Below, piece by piece: positions 1-13,264 of a stretch of 64,000 nucleotides of DNA. This DNA is from Octopus sinensis (Eukaryota). The position numbers and the translations under genes are program-made. Under the pieces are notes generated by a model. The model did not search any database. It had not been told where the DNA came from and saw only the letters and a program-made list of their open reading frames with translations. Position 1 is the stretch's first letter, and each line of letters opens with the position of its first letter. The stretch lies in NCBI RefSeq assembly GCF_006345805.1, contig NC_042999.1:167276001-167340000 (forward strand), read 5' to 3'.

Positions 1-28
1 AGTGATAGATACATACACACAGACATAA

Positions 29-134
29 ATGTGTGTGTGTGTGTGTGTGTGTGCGTGCGTGTGCGTGTGTGTGTGTGCGTGTGTTGTGTGTGTGTGTGTG
101 TGTGCGTGTGTGTGTGTGTGTGTGCGTGTGTGCG

Positions 135-181
<47 letters not shown>

Positions 182-352
182 TTGGTTATGTACATTTATA
201 CATATATATATACATGTATATATAAATGTGTATATATAAACATACATATATATATATATATATATATAATATATATGTATATATATACACACACACACAT
301 ATATATATGTATATATATGTGCGCGCGTGTGTGTGTGTGTGTGTATAAGTAA
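29..352. repeat. Compound (TG)n/(TA)n microsatellite
   Basis: Direct reading; the overlapping ORFs are VCVC/YIYI translations of the repeat. Confidence 0.95.
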
Positions 353-374
353 ATAAATGGAGTTGAACGCAGAT

Positions 375-570
375 GCTATTCAAATCGTTGGCGATTTTCT
401 TCCTGCGTCTTCCCTTTTATTGGACTTTCCTCTGTTTCCGAAGAAGAGCGTTTGCTCGAAACTTTAAACTATCTTTCTTTCCTTCCCTGAGCGTCTGTTA
501 TTTCTTTACATGTACCACGTCCCCGCGTTGTTGTTTTTTTGTGTTTGTTCTTCTTTTTGGGGTTTACTAT
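375..570 (+). repeat. Dispersed repeat with decayed hammerhead-like motif, copy 1 (copy 2 at 38745-38918)
   Basis: Aligns by eye with 38745-38918. Contains CCGAAGA-A-GAGC-GTTT-GCTC-GAAAC at 438-462, but helix I cannot form. Confidence 0.7.
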
Positions 571-1191
571 ATATATATGTATACATATATATATATACAT
601 ATATATATCAGAGCTTGGTAGTGGAGAGGGGAAGTAGTATAAGTTCTGTAGTATGCAGTTCAGTTCGGTTCAAATCTAAATTCAAATTTCACTACGAGCA
701 ACTTTAGCTTTCATCAATCATTGAATAAAAAGTTCCAGAAATATTAGGTCACTCGACCATATATAGAAGGTGGCTAAAAGATATGAATGGTTATCCAAAT
801 CTTTGTGGTGTTTAGTCTTGAGTACCATCACGTAGAGTACACTTCGTTTAGCTTATAAAATGTTTCCCGATACCATAACCTGCTCTTGTATAAGTATACA
901 AATTAATTTCATTGTTTCAAGTTTTTTCCACCTAATTCTGTATTCAACATTGCTTTGTGCATATTTCAGTTGTAACGTACAACTTGCGGTAGACTCTTTT
1001 GATTTATTACCATTTCTGACAGAATCCTTAGTCTAATATTTTTTGTGTGCGAAAGCGTTCATGTAATATTATTATGGAACTAACTTGTTATTTTTGAGTT
1101 GTTTATTTAATATCGGATCTCTTTCATGTAGCAATATAAATACTGCTGTCTGTGAGTTTATATACATACACGCACGCACGCGCGCGCACAT

Positions 1192-1245
<54 letters not shown>

Positions 1246-1665
1246 GGTTATAAACTTAAGTTTTATGTCAATTTTCGGATTTCCTTTCAATCTGTAACTG
1301 CAATAATTGATGGAGCATATAGGGATACAGTTCACTTCTACGATGCCGTATCTAATGTTTCTACCCAGATTGACGCAGATTTTCACGTTGGAGTTAACAT
1401 AACAATTAGCAATCATCACTGAAGCAGCATTTTTCTCAATCTTACAGAAAGATTTTCTTATCTTTGTGACATACATATAATATTCTTTTATCTTCAATAC
1501 TGTAATTATAGTATTAAGCTAAATACTTATTTTCAAAATGTGTTATGTGAATTTTATTTCATATATTTTCAACACTGGGCTGTTTACTTATAAACATAGA
1601 TGAAGGGTTTAAACACTTGCTTATAAATATGCGCATGGTTGTCTTACTCCTGTTACGCCTACGTA

Positions 1666-2220
1666 CAGGGTCAGGCAAAATGATCTGACACATTTGTAGG
1701 TTAAATAAAAGGCAAATGAAGTAAAGAAACAAAAAAGTGTTTTTACTTTTGAAAAGTACATATAATGCCATTTTGTTTCATTATGTTTTAAAAATTAAAT
1801 CAGTCAAATGGGATCCATTATTGTCCACACACTGTCGAAGGCGTTCACGAAAGTTGTCAATAACTCGGCGGGTCATTTCATGTGGAATGGCAGTAATTTC
1901 TTGACGAATTGCATCTTTAAGTTCTGGCGGTGCGAGGTCGGCCGGTTGATTTTCGTTTCAATGCAGATCCAGTAGCTCTGAAGTTGGTAACCCATAACAA
2001 GATCGTGTTTCAAGCTGGTACGGGATCATGTCTACCAAGATTGAAGTGCAAACGGAACGCTCTTTGTGTTGCAGTTACAGAATCGTTTGTTTTGATAAAC
2101 GTTTCCACAATAAAAGCGCAATGCTCACCAGTCCAATTCATGGCAGCAACTGAAAAAGAAACGAAAAACAATGCCTTTTATTTAACCTACAAATGTGTCA
2201 GATCATTTTGCCTGACCCTA
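1666..2220 (-). mobile_element. Internally deleted Tc1/mariner-superfamily transposon (555 bp)
   Basis: About 50-bp TIRs CAGGGTCAGGCAAAATGATCTGACACATTTGTAGG..., TA at 1664-1665 and 2221-2222. The minus strand encodes a transposase N-terminus (MNWTGEHCAFIVETFIKTNDSVTATQRAFRLHF...STGRPRTAR) fused to its C-terminus (LKDAIRQEITAIPHEMTRRVIDNFRERLRQCVDNNGSHL); the DDD core is deleted. Confidence 0.9.
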
Positions 2221-2346
2221 TATAAGAAAAAAAAAACATTCGTTGAAACATTAATTAATCCAGCAGAAAGTTATATATAGATTGGGATGGTCTAATATGT
2301 TTTCTCCTTGGTATGAGTAAAGGGAAAAAATGAGTTGAAGTGAGTC

Positions 2347-2473
2347 AAGTATCGACCCCGAAAGGATAAAAGACAATGTCGACCTCAGCAGAATTTGAAC
2401 TCAGACCGCAGAGACGAACGAAATGCCTCTAAGCATTTCCCCCCGCATGCTAACGGTTCTGCTACCTCGCTGA
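2347..2473 (-). mobile_element. tRNA-derived SINE, family A (head GGCGGCGAGCTGGCAGAA)
   Basis: Reverse complement of the family A head and body seen in full at 2499-2717 and 22280-22440; B box GAGTTCAAATTC. Confidence 0.8.
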
Positions 2474-2498
2474 CATAGAAATCGTTTCAAGTCGTTTA

Positions 2499-2717
2499 AG
2501 GCGGCCATCTGGCAGAATCATTGGCACACCGGGCAAAAATGCTTAGAAGCATTTCGTCCGTCTTTACGGTCTGAGTTCAAATTCCGCCGAATTCAACATT
2601 GCCTTTCATCTTTTGGGGGTCGATAAAATAAGTACTATTTGAATACTGGGGTCGATGTAATCGACTTATCCGGTCCCCAAAATTGCTGGCCTTGTGCCAA
2701 AATTTAAAACCAATATT
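2499..2717 (+). mobile_element. tRNA-derived SINE, family A
   Basis: A-box-like TGGCAGAATC, B box GAGTTCAAATTCC, shared body GCCTTTCATC...GGGGTCGATAAA repeated more than 10 times in the window. Confidence 0.85.
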
Positions 2718-4246
2718 GGAACGATTTCTACCATTAAACCAGGCACCAAACAAGCAACAAAGTGTTATAATTAGTTGACTAAAAAGATCTCAGTACATGA
2801 CTTGTATTTATTTTACCGACTCTAGAGGGAAGAATAAAGACAAAGATATATTAGGTGCATTTAGAATGAAACTTAACTACACCCACCCCGAACTTGCTGG
2901 CTTTGTGCTAAAACTTGAAACCAATATTATTAAGTTATAAATACTGGATTTTTTAATTTGCTTTTTGAAACAGTTTTGATAACATCTTAATTCGATATCT
3001 TTCTGTAATTGCAGTTAAAGTGGGTCGCCTTTCAATACACTGTAACGATTTGTGTATAAGTTTTACAAAATGAGTAAGGAAATTATGCAACATTCACACT
3101 TTAGAGTATGAATAGGGTGTATAAAGTAAACCGTCTTCAAGCAGAAATTAAAATCTGTTCGCAGACGCAAATTGTCAAGGCTAGAATTTTGCTGCTGCCT
3201 ACCATGGGGACTTATAATAATGTATATAAGTAGACAGACAGAAAACGGTTGAAACTTTTGACACAACGCAATGGTTCAAATTAACATTATAGAAATAGTA
3301 TTAAGGACTAAAGTTGGTCATTTTAGCGAAAACAAGAAGTGCCAGATGAAGATGTGTTTACTATAAGTACAAATTTTACCTAGTTTCTAGTTTACTTTAT
3401 AGTTTCTTGTTTGCAAATAATATAAGCTCAGATGTAGTTTTATCATCGTGAGAATTTTCACATGAAATACACTTGGAATTACCGAAAAGATGCGATAACT
3501 TTTATATAACCTTAAGGATAATACTTACATGAAAGAATGTAAATCCTATTTATTGAATGGATCCACTGGATTTATGCTCTGTTTTTCTTTTAGACTTTCG
3601 AAGTTATTTTTCGTAATATTTCTGCCCACAAAGAATGCATGGAACGCCAAAAGTATTACAAAAGAAGCAGCGACAGTTTACTGTGGAATCAGTAGAACGA
3701 CAGAGAAAATTCTTTGAGATATTTTGTTGCACCGTTTTATACTCTGGGTTTGAATAATGCTATTCGTTTTCTCTCCTAAAATAAACTAGGTAGAATTAAG
3801 TGCATTTTCCATGGACACAGTGCAGCAATGGATTCGAACAGCAGGACCCTTCAATTGGTAGACTAAGACATCAATCACTAGACTTAAACATCATGTCGGC
3901 ATATCACCTCTCGAAATACTGTGAAAAATAAAGCAAATCAAATTTCTTTTGTGATTAAATGAATTTAAAGCAAAGCAAGATTAATTGACAAATTAATGTG
4001 ACAACCTCATTTCAAAATTGCTTAACTAAAATTGCTAACGAAGCGTTCAGTGAATTTGACTTCAAGAAGTGTTAATGGTTTAGATCGAGTTGCAATAGGC
4101 TATAACTGTGGAAACATAAGTATCGTTAATTATTTTCAAAATGTCTATTCCGCATGATATGCTTTCATATAGAAACTAAAATACTGGTTTTCAATAAGCA
4201 ATGAACTTCCAAGTCATTTTCTTACTTTTAAAAAATTCATTTTAAG

Positions 4247-4625
4247 TAGGCGCTGGCGTAGCTGTGTGGTAAGAAGTTTGCTTTCCAACCACATAGCTCC
4301 GGATTCAGTCCCAGTGCGTGACACTTTCGGTAGGTATCTTCTACTATAACCACGAGGTGACACGAAGCCTTGTGAGTGGATCTTGTACACGGAAACTGAA
4401 AGAATCCCATCGTACATGTGTGTGTGTGTGCGATGGCGCACGTCTTTGTGTTTGTCCTCCATCACTGACTGGAAACGGTGTTGGCGTGTTTGTGTCCCTT
4501 TAACCTAGAGATTCGTCAAAAGAACCGATAGAATGAGTACTAGGCCTAAAAAAGAAGACTAAAATTCTTCAAGGCGGAACCCCAGAATGGCCGCTATCAA
4601 ATGACTGAAATAAGTAAAATATAAA
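4247..4625 (+). mobile_element. tRNA-derived SINE, family B (head TAGGCGCAGGAGTGGCTGTGTGG) with internal (TG)n
   Basis: A box (A/T)GCTGTGTGG, B box GGATTCAGTCCC, body GGAAACTGAAAGAA and tail ...GACTGAAA shared with other copies. Confidence 0.85.
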
Positions 4626-4779
4626 AGACTTATTTTCATATCATTTTCCATTTTCCCAAGCTGAGACTTTCAGAAAATTGCTACTTGCATCGAGGTACCC
4701 ACAGAAACGACCCCTGAAACACCTTTTCTAGAGGGGTAAAACAACCTACTTTAATAATAATCTCAAATTTTAGTACAAA

Positions 4780-4880
4780 GCCAGTGTCCGACTGATACCA
4801 TCTTATCAACCTCAAAAAGATGAGAGGCCAAGTCGATCTCGGCAATACTTGAATTCAGAATGTAAAGACGGACGAAATGA
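4780..4880 (-). mobile_element. SINE family A fragment, diverged
   Basis: GTCGATCTCGGCAATACTTGAATTCAGAATGTAAAGACGGACGAAAT matches the family A minus strand. Confidence 0.65.
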
Positions 4881-6030
4881 AGGGCATTAGTGGTGTAATG
4901 GATGTGAACTTGCATCATGTGTCGTTTCGGCAGTTTCTTAGTATTTTTTGTTCTATAGAGCTTACAATGACTTAACAGAAATCATATATGTCCCACGGTT
5001 ATCCACAATACACCTGATCACTTATTTATCTACAGTTTCGTGAAAGGTAATCGTCCCCTTGATAGAAAACCTGTCAATCTAAGATAAGTTTGCTCGCAGA
5101 AGATATTTAATTCAGCACAACAAGTAAATGATTTACTCGTCAGGATTTTTGTTAACTTGTTTGCAACATTAAAACGTACCATTCATTGACACCTACTTAG
5201 TTCTATCTGTAGAAGTTAGAAGAACGACTGAAGAAAAATACTCAGGTACTACGTAGAGGCTTCCTCGAGAGCTCATAATTTTTGGTTACTAATATATGCG
5301 CAAGGTCACTCAGTTTTGAGGAAGTTTTATTATCTATTATATTGACCGCCTCTTCCTCAGTTCTTAGCTGTTACTTATTTTAGAAGTACGGAAAAGTAAA
5401 ACCGAGCCAGGTGAAACTGGAAATCAGAGCGTGAAGAAACGTAACTAAAGACCGAGAGCCATATTAAGACATATAATTCTTCCCGCAGAACCTAAATTAA
5501 TTGGTTGTTAACATTGACACAACACTTTCCATTTTCGGCAGATTTTGTCGATTAGATCAAGTTGTTCTCTGTTGGTTCTTGTTTTATCGATTTCAGAATG
5601 ATGAAAGGTGTAATCAACTATGGCAAGATTTAATCTCAGAACCTGCAGGAAAATATCGGAAGGCATTTTGTCCACTAATTTAATAATTTTGCGAATCCAG
5701 TACATCTTGAGTCAGAGATTGAAATATTCTTGTGTTGAGTGTTTGTTAATTAGTTTTACAACCTTTTTTGGATGCTGCGTAGAATGTTTATACATATACG
5801 TAGCAACAACACAGTCTCAGATGTGTTAGTGCAATATTCCATTTTGGATTTTACACCCTGCTTGGTGAAGAGTGAGCAACTTAACAGAGTGGAAGAATTT
5901 TCTGATTTTCAAGAAGTTTAATTTCTCGGCTGTAGTTTTAACTTTATTGTTGAATGCAGTGGTTGTTAAAAAAAGTTATTAAATAAGTGGGGTCTAACAT
6001 TTGTAATGGGATTTAGGGTTTTAAATATTT

Positions 6031-6407
6031 AGGCGCAGGCATGGCTATGTGGTAAGATACAGGCTTCCAACCACATGGTTCCGGGTTCAGTCTCACTGCC
6101 TGGTACCTTGCCCAAGTGTCTTCTACTACAGCCTAGTAGACGGAAACTGAAAGAAGCCAATCGTGTATGTTTGTCTCTGTGTGTGTCTTTGTATCTGTGT
6201 TTGGCTACACACCATCGCTTAAAAACCGATGTTGGTGTGTTTACATACCCGTAGCTTAGCGGTTCTACAAAAGAGACCGGTAGAATAAGTACTAGAATTC
6301 TTCTTTTAAAGGTACTGAGGTCGATACATTCGACTAAAAATTCTTCAAGGCGGTGCTTCAGCATGGCTGCAGTCGAACGACTGAAACAAGTAGATGATAA
6401 AAGATAA
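6031..6407 (+). mobile_element. SINE family B
   Basis: Head AGGCGCAGGCATGGCTATGTGG, B box GGTTCAGTCTC, family tail GGCGGTGCTTCAGCATGGCTGCAG. Confidence 0.85.
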
Positions 6408-7215
6408 TGTTTCGTTGATATTAGTACTGATTGTTGTCACTGTTGAAAGAGACTATATTGCCATGAGGCCATTGAGAGAATTGTTTCAGTTACCTTTTGA
6501 TTCAGGTTTGATACGAGCTATCTATGCTTCATGTGAATGATGCCGGAGTTCACGAGGTTGACATGAATGAAACATGTATTCTTTGTAATTTTATTTTATC
6601 ATTTTAAAGATCTTATTTAATCAATGGAAAAGTGAATTATTTTTAAGGAATGATTAGTACATGTCCTATTTATTACATTCCCACAATTAGAAGATTCGGT
6701 TTTTAAAAAAATGATATTTATATATTTAGATTTAGAGGCTGCCGTACAAGTTTGGATACCAGAGTGGGGCACATATCTACCCAAAACTTATATAAAAATC
6801 CTTTATACTGCATATTTCATTCATGATGATCCATAATTATGTAACTATTGTCTGAAGTTTCTTCTGATGTTCTGATTTCGAGCAGGCAGAATTGAATAGT
6901 GTCCACGAATCAAACTGAATTAACAATAACAAAACGGCACGAATAGGATGGTAAAGTCGTCATTGAATGATGCGCACAAACAAAACCACAGCAAGAATTA
7001 CTGCAACTAACTAAGGAACGACAGAACACATAAACGTCATTGTACTCAAGGACATTTATGGAACTTAAATTACTGACAAACGATAGTATTTCAGTATAAG
7101 TAAATGAGATGACCTACGGAGATTTGATATGAGATAGAATCTTATATATTGTACGAATTAAATACATGCACTTACAGATAAATAAAAACATATTATATAT
7201 ATTTATATATATTTA

Positions 7216-7254
<39 letters not shown>

Positions 7255-7576
7255 GATAATTTACAGAAAACATGTATGGTATTCAATGCTTTATTTAACA
7301 TACATGCATTTCAGCAAATTGATGTCATACATAACTGGTGTAGAAATATTACATAATTTTGCACTACAGAACTTGATCTTTAGTCACGCCCCAAGTTAAC
7401 AGCAACTTTATTCAATTTGTATACGTACTTATATCACACGCACACACGCGCGCGCATATATTATATATGAGTGATATATACATATAACTTCTATATATGT
7501 GATCTATCTATCTATTTATCTATCTACATAGATATGTGTGGGTGTGGGTATCAGTGTGTGCATGTATGATTTTGCA

Positions 7577-7612
<36 letters not shown>

Positions 7613-7829
7613 TGGAACGGAAAATAACTCAAACAGATGACCTGTTGCATGTATTTGAACAACAAAAAAAGTATATTAAATAACGTACAAAATATATTCC
7701 TCATCTATTTGAAATTATTTCCGCTGCCAGAGAGGGTAGACTAATCGCTTGGTTGTAATTCATATAAACTTCAAGAGGATAGCTTTGGAGACGTGTTTGC
7801 ATACGGTAGGTAGTATGGATGTGGTACGA

Positions 7830-8660
7830 GTATCTCCCGAACAGTCTGATTGCTACCGAGTGTTTCTCAAGGGCTTGTTTCAGTTTTCTGTCCTGCCAGA
7901 TCACGAAGAGTCTCGTCACATCCCCAGCCACAGTGACACCGATGGCTTCCCCACTGCACTTGCATATATAGCTTCTCATTGAATCTAATTATATGGTTCT
8001 GTAGGGTAGTCTTTAGAATTGCGCCCACTACATGTGCAATCATTTTCCGTATCTAGACGTTATCCCATGGGTCGCGGGCGGGTGCGTTCTATCCACTCCA
8101 GCGTCCCGCGGTGTTTTTCCTTGCTGCTGGTATGATTGTGAGTGGTCTACCTCATTCCGATCTGGTGGGGCAGAATCTACTTAGGTCCTGGTGATCTAAG
8201 TATTCTCTATCGTAAACGAGCTTTAGAGGGAGGCCCAGTTCCCTCGTGTTCACCTCACGGAAGACGACTTCGTTTTCGGAGATGATTTCCAGGCATCTTT
8301 CCACAGCGAAGTCAATGTCGATAGATGGGTAAAGTGATACCACATCCACACTACCTACCATATAATATGACAGGTCGTGGGAGCGGTTACATTCATTCAC
8401 CCTGCTGAGGAGGTCCTCTGTGCTTTCACAAACACCAGGAGACATCTCAATGAGTGGTTTTAACACTTGCGAGAGGAAGTATGATAGCCTATAATTGCTG
8501 TTTAGTGGGGGGTTAGCAATAGGGTCTGCGATGGGTTTATGGTCTTTTCTTAACCCATAGAGTGTATGAATGTCATTGTTTGATGTAATGAAGTTCTGTG
8601 CTGTGCGCTTCTTAGGCTGGAGTACGATACACCACTTACCCATGTATGCGTTGAGAACAA
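7830..8660 (-). mobile_element. Penelope-like element RT segment (inverted), motifs 1 to C, decayed
   Basis: TLYGLRKDHK, VGSVDVVSLYPSI (motif A), a long insertion after motif A, then GEAIGVTVAGDVTRLFVIW...LFGRY; stops and frameshifts present. Confidence 0.85.
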
Positions 8661-8694
8661 CAACAACAACAACACCAACGGTAAAAAGCAACAA

Positions 8695-10035
8695 TGAGAA
8701 GCTATATATGTAAGTCCATGGGGCACCCATCGATGTCAGTGTGGCTGGGGACGTGGCGGGCCTCTTCATGATCTGGTGGGAGAGAAAACTGAAACAAGCT
8801 CTTGAGGAATACTTGATAGCAGTCAGACTGTACGGGAGATATGTGGATGACATCAACATCATAGTCAAGACACCATCGAACTGTCAGCCTGATGAGAAGG
8901 AGAGGATCATGATGGAAAGCATTCAGCGTATGGCTAATTCCGTACACCAAAGCATCAAGGTAACTATAGGTTACCCAACAAGGTACCCAAACAAGAGATT
9001 CCCGGTACTTGACACAGAGCCTTGGCTAGTGACCATTAATAACAAAGTTCAAATCCTCCACTCACACTATATGAAACCCATGTCCTCGAAATATGTGATC
9101 CATAAGAATTCGGCTCTATCACACAATGCGAAAATTAATATATTAATACCCGACTTCGTCAGAATAATGAAAACATATCAGACAGATGACCAGTTTCATG
9201 TATTTCAACAACAATATGCAAACCCTGTGGTAAACGGTGTGCAACCCTGGGGTAAACAGAAACAGAAACAGAAACCCATGTGCAAACCCTGGGGTAAACA
9301 GAAACACACACAAGACTTCATGCATCGCATGCAATTTTCGGGAGACAACCAGAAAGATAGAATCCGAGTGTAAAAGAGGACTAACAAGAAATTTGAAGAG
9401 ATTGTGAATAAGGATGCCCATGGAACAACCTAAGTACCGTAGTAAACAGTGGAATAAAATACGGATAATTTACGACGAAACAAACAAAAAGAACACGTGG
9501 TACAATGCAGACAATTTCCAAGGGGTGATGTTTGTAGAAGCTACACCACACGGGGAACTAATCCGCAGATTTAGAAAAATCCTGAAGGATACTAAATTGA
9601 ACATAAAACTCATGGAAAAACCCAGGAGACCATCAGGTCAATAATATGCAAAACATAGCCCTTCAGAAAACCCACGTGTGTAGAGGAGAACTGTGTAGTG
9701 TGCATCTTTGCACACTGGTATCAACTGCAAAGCCAGAAATGTGGTTTACCGAATAAACTGCATGGATGGTGATTGTAAACAACCCGGAAGACTGCATACA
9801 CAGGTGAAACGGCGAGAAGTTTGGCCGATCGTATAAATGGACATTGGAGGGAGTACAGGGATCAAAGACAAATCTCGATACTCTACCAGCATACCAAAGA
9901 ACAACATGGTGGTGTGCTGAACCGGATTAGCATAGAAATCCTGTCTAGAAACCCGGACGGCGCATCGCTACGACAGGTAAGAGAGTAAGTCTGAATAAAC
10001 GAAACACGACCGGTTTTGAATAGTAAATACTCTCA
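8695..10035 (+). mobile_element. Penelope-like element, RT C-terminal half plus C-terminal GIY-YIG endonuclease, decayed
   Basis: LYGRYVDD (YVDD at 8840-8851), FPVLD, HYMKP; then a Cys cluster, NVVYRINC...HTGETARSLADRINGH...YQHTKEQHGG...RQVRE...LNSK from about 9640. Confidence 0.9.
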
Positions 10036-10854
10036 TTAGGCAGAGGCCTTACAAAGACCCATGAACGCACACACATACACACAGACGCACGCACAAGAAC
10101 AGACACTCACACGCATTGCAAAGACAAACAATGACACAGACATACCCTCACGCCCACACACATATAAGCATACGCGCACACACGGAAACCTCCATACAAA
10201 AGTACACACATACACACAAACGCAGGAACTCACACACATATGAATGCACACACACGCATAACAAACACACACACACACACACACACGTAAAGACACACAG
10301 ACACACACATACGCAAACACAGAGACACACGCTCGTATACACATGCCCTCCCATGCACGCATGGGCACGAGCATGCGTACGCATGCTCATGCTCACGCAC
10401 GGATAGATATCAATATATTCAACATTTATCAAACAAAGAAGACGGTTCAACTGTCTTTGACACAACCGTTATATGGATGAACGTGTGCGTTTGCGAAGAA
10501 AATGAGGAGAAAACTAAAACTGCTTTCTTATGTATGTGAAAAATGACATAGTCAATGTTTAAAAAGCAAACTCACACACATACGGATGCACACACTTATG
10601 TACAAACACACTCACATGCAGACATACGCACACTCACGTACTCATCTCGGACGAATCCCAACGCTGTGATATAAGTTCAAAAGAGATGGAAGTAGAGCAA
10701 CGTGTCACTGAAGAGATTGCAACAATGTGATGAAATAATTATTTGACAAAAAGAGAAATGACAACACAAATGATACTGAACGTTTGAACAATTAACTGTT
10801 TGACCAAAGTGTTTCACATAGGAGTTTGAAAAACTAGTAAAAACAATGATCGAT

Positions 10855-11345
10855 AAATGGCGCGGGACCGGGGTGTCGTTACCGAGTCTGATGTCCCGGA
10901 GGTGATCCGTGAACCGGTCAGCCAAGCGGCGTCCCGCTTGACCGATGTATAGAGAAGGACAGAGAGCAGGAGATGCAGTAGATGACGCTGCTAGAAGCGC
11001 ATGTGAAGGAGTAAGTGATATGATAGGGCCGATGATGGGTGCCTGTGAGGAGGATGATGTAGAGGTAAGGGCAAGTGTGCCTACACTGCAGCACTTGCCC
11101 TTACCTCTACACCACCCTTCCGAGCGCGGCTGACTAAGTCAGGTCAGCCGTGTTCAGAAGGGATTGAAGCGCTAACCAGCCTGTTTTTTATTTCTATTTT
11201 TTACTTTTTTTTACAACGTCATTTTATTTCTATTTTTTTACTATTTTTTACAACGTCATCTACTGCATCTCCTGCTCTCTGTCCTTCTCTATACATCGGT
11301 CAGCTATCGGAAAAGCAACTATCAAGACTTCTGAATAAACATTTC
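10855..11345. mobile_element. Rearranged fragment of a second PLE lineage (Cys motif plus GIY-YIG) with inverted duplications
   Basis: Minus strand reads TCPYLY...FTCASSSVIYCISCSLCPSLYIGQAGRRLADRFTDHLRDI. Plus-strand copies of parts occur at 11092-11111 and 11254-11302. Confidence 0.8.
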
Positions 11346-12010
11346 TCCTGGTGTGTGAAAGATTTTTATTGCTCCTAATCATGGATGTCGAGATTTGGAC
11401 AAAGAAACATTTGTTCCTGTATGAAGAAAACATAAAGGAGTACTATACGACTCGGAGATTCTGTTGTTGTTAGATAGGAAAATTGTCTTTGAAAATAAGT
11501 ACTCATCACCGGGGTCTAAAAGCTCAGGGTTTATCCCTTCACAAGTAGGAGTAGTAAAATATATGAATAAACTAATAAATAAACAAAAATAAACAATCAA
11601 AAGCGTGATTGTAATTATTGGGGCAAAGTCAGTGCTCATAATATATGTTTACAAAACGTCTCGTGTTGCAGGCGGTAGATCTAATGGCGTCTTAGGGAGT
11701 AACAGACTGGAACTTCGTGTGTATGTATGTATGTATGTATGTATGTATGTATACGCAAACTCGCCCTAGCTCTCATGTAAACACACACGCTTATATATAT
11801 GCATGTATACATGTATCGGTACATATACATATAGATATAATTATATATAAATTTACATACTTATTACGTATTCATGTTTGTAGGTATGCACGTGTGTGGG
11901 ACTGTATATATATGCGTGTGTATGTGTGTGTATTCATAATACCACACTCCAACACAGACATATATATATATATTATATATATGTATACGTTAGTGTGTGT
12001 ACATTACATG

Positions 12011-12041
<31 letters not shown>

Positions 12042-12530
12042 GTATGTATATATGTATGTATGTATCTTTATATATATATATGTATGTATGTATACATATA
12101 TATTTATCTATCATTTTTGTACATGTATACAAAAACACAAACTCAAACATACTATGTACACACATATATACACACACGCACGCGCGTGCATGCATATACA
12201 CACGCGCATACCTACACCCAAACACCTACCTCACGCATTTTGTTCGCCTTCGTTTTTCAAAGCGACATCACCTTTTTTCACACCGATGGAATGTTTCACC
12301 ATGAAAATCAGTAACAGAAGACGTAACCGTGCGGCATACTGAAAATCTCAACCGTACAACTTCCGTATATTTCTATGAACGAGGAAATAAAGTAGGTCGT
12401 CGTGTTTCGTTGTCGGACTCACATCTAACCTTCTGAACGTCGCATCTACAAATTGGTTATATTTCTACAATATCCAACGTATTTAAACATTTTTTAAATA
12501 CAATTCTTAATAATATTTAATCATAAAAAT

Positions 12531-12571
12531 ATAGGCGCAGGAGTGGCTGTGTGGTGAGTAGCTTCTTACCA
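12531..12571 (+). mobile_element. SINE family B, 5' part (split by an insertion; continues at 14769)
   Basis: ATAGGCGCAGGAGTGGCTGTGTGGTGAGTAGCTTCTTACCA breaks off; the rest of the consensus resumes at 14769. Confidence 0.9.
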
Positions 12572-12599
12572 GACAGACGTGTTGTTTTTACTCCGGCAA

Positions 12600-13000
12600 A
12601 TGTCACGTGTTAACGTGAACTATTGAACATTTGACTCGACTAAAGGTAGGAATTTTGTATTTTTGCGAGCGAAGTGAAGTTTTATTACTTGTATGAATGT
12701 TTTTTTTAGCATTTAATATTTTTTAGCAAATAATAAGGCTCCACTCTGCTCCAGATATAATTTTTCTGCCTGTGTCGAGTGAAAAGAAAATTGTATTGAT
12801 GTCGCGTTGTTTCAACGTGAAATATTGAACTTTCGTCTCGACTACGGGTAGGCGTTTTGTATTTTTGTGAGTTTAGTGAAGTTTTATTGCTTGCATGAAT
12901 GTTTTTTTAGCATTTAATATTTTTTTTAGCAAGTAATGGGGCTCCACTTTGCTCCGGATATAATTTTTCTGCCTGTGTCGAGTAAAAAGAAATTGTACTT
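12600..13000 (+). repeat. Two tandem ~200-bp monomers in the 5' UTR of the ORF1-only element
   Basis: 12600-12799 and 12800-13000 align along their length (for example GTGAAGTTTTATT and ATATAATTTTTCTGCCTGTGTCGAGT in both). Confidence 0.9.
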
Positions 13001-13264
13001 TTGAAGCGGCATAGTCCGTCTGAAAAAATTATTGTTGAAATTGTCGTTGTGTTGTCCATTTGGCCGAAGAAGTGGAAAAAAAAAAAAAAAAAGAACTGAA
13101 TTCCTTTGTCTGAATTGAACTCTCTTTCTCTGTCTATTATTTATTTGTAAAAACTTTTTTGAACTGCCATTTTAAATTTTATTTCTTCCCTTCTGTTGCA
13201 TTTTTTCATTCTCCTTTCTGTGGCTAATTTTAGTTTATCATTTTGAACTGTTGTATTTTACGTT

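Noticed and set aside
2499-2590. tRNA genes at SINE heads (here and in all family A, B and C copies)
   Set aside because: A and B boxes are present but there is no complete cloverleaf, and each continues into a SINE body.
5115-5150. Minus-strand CTGACGA followed by a 5-bp hairpin
   Set aside because: No GAAA, helix III or helix I follows.
11058-11111. Pre-miRNA hairpin
   Set aside because: Explained by inverted duplication of PLE coding sequence.
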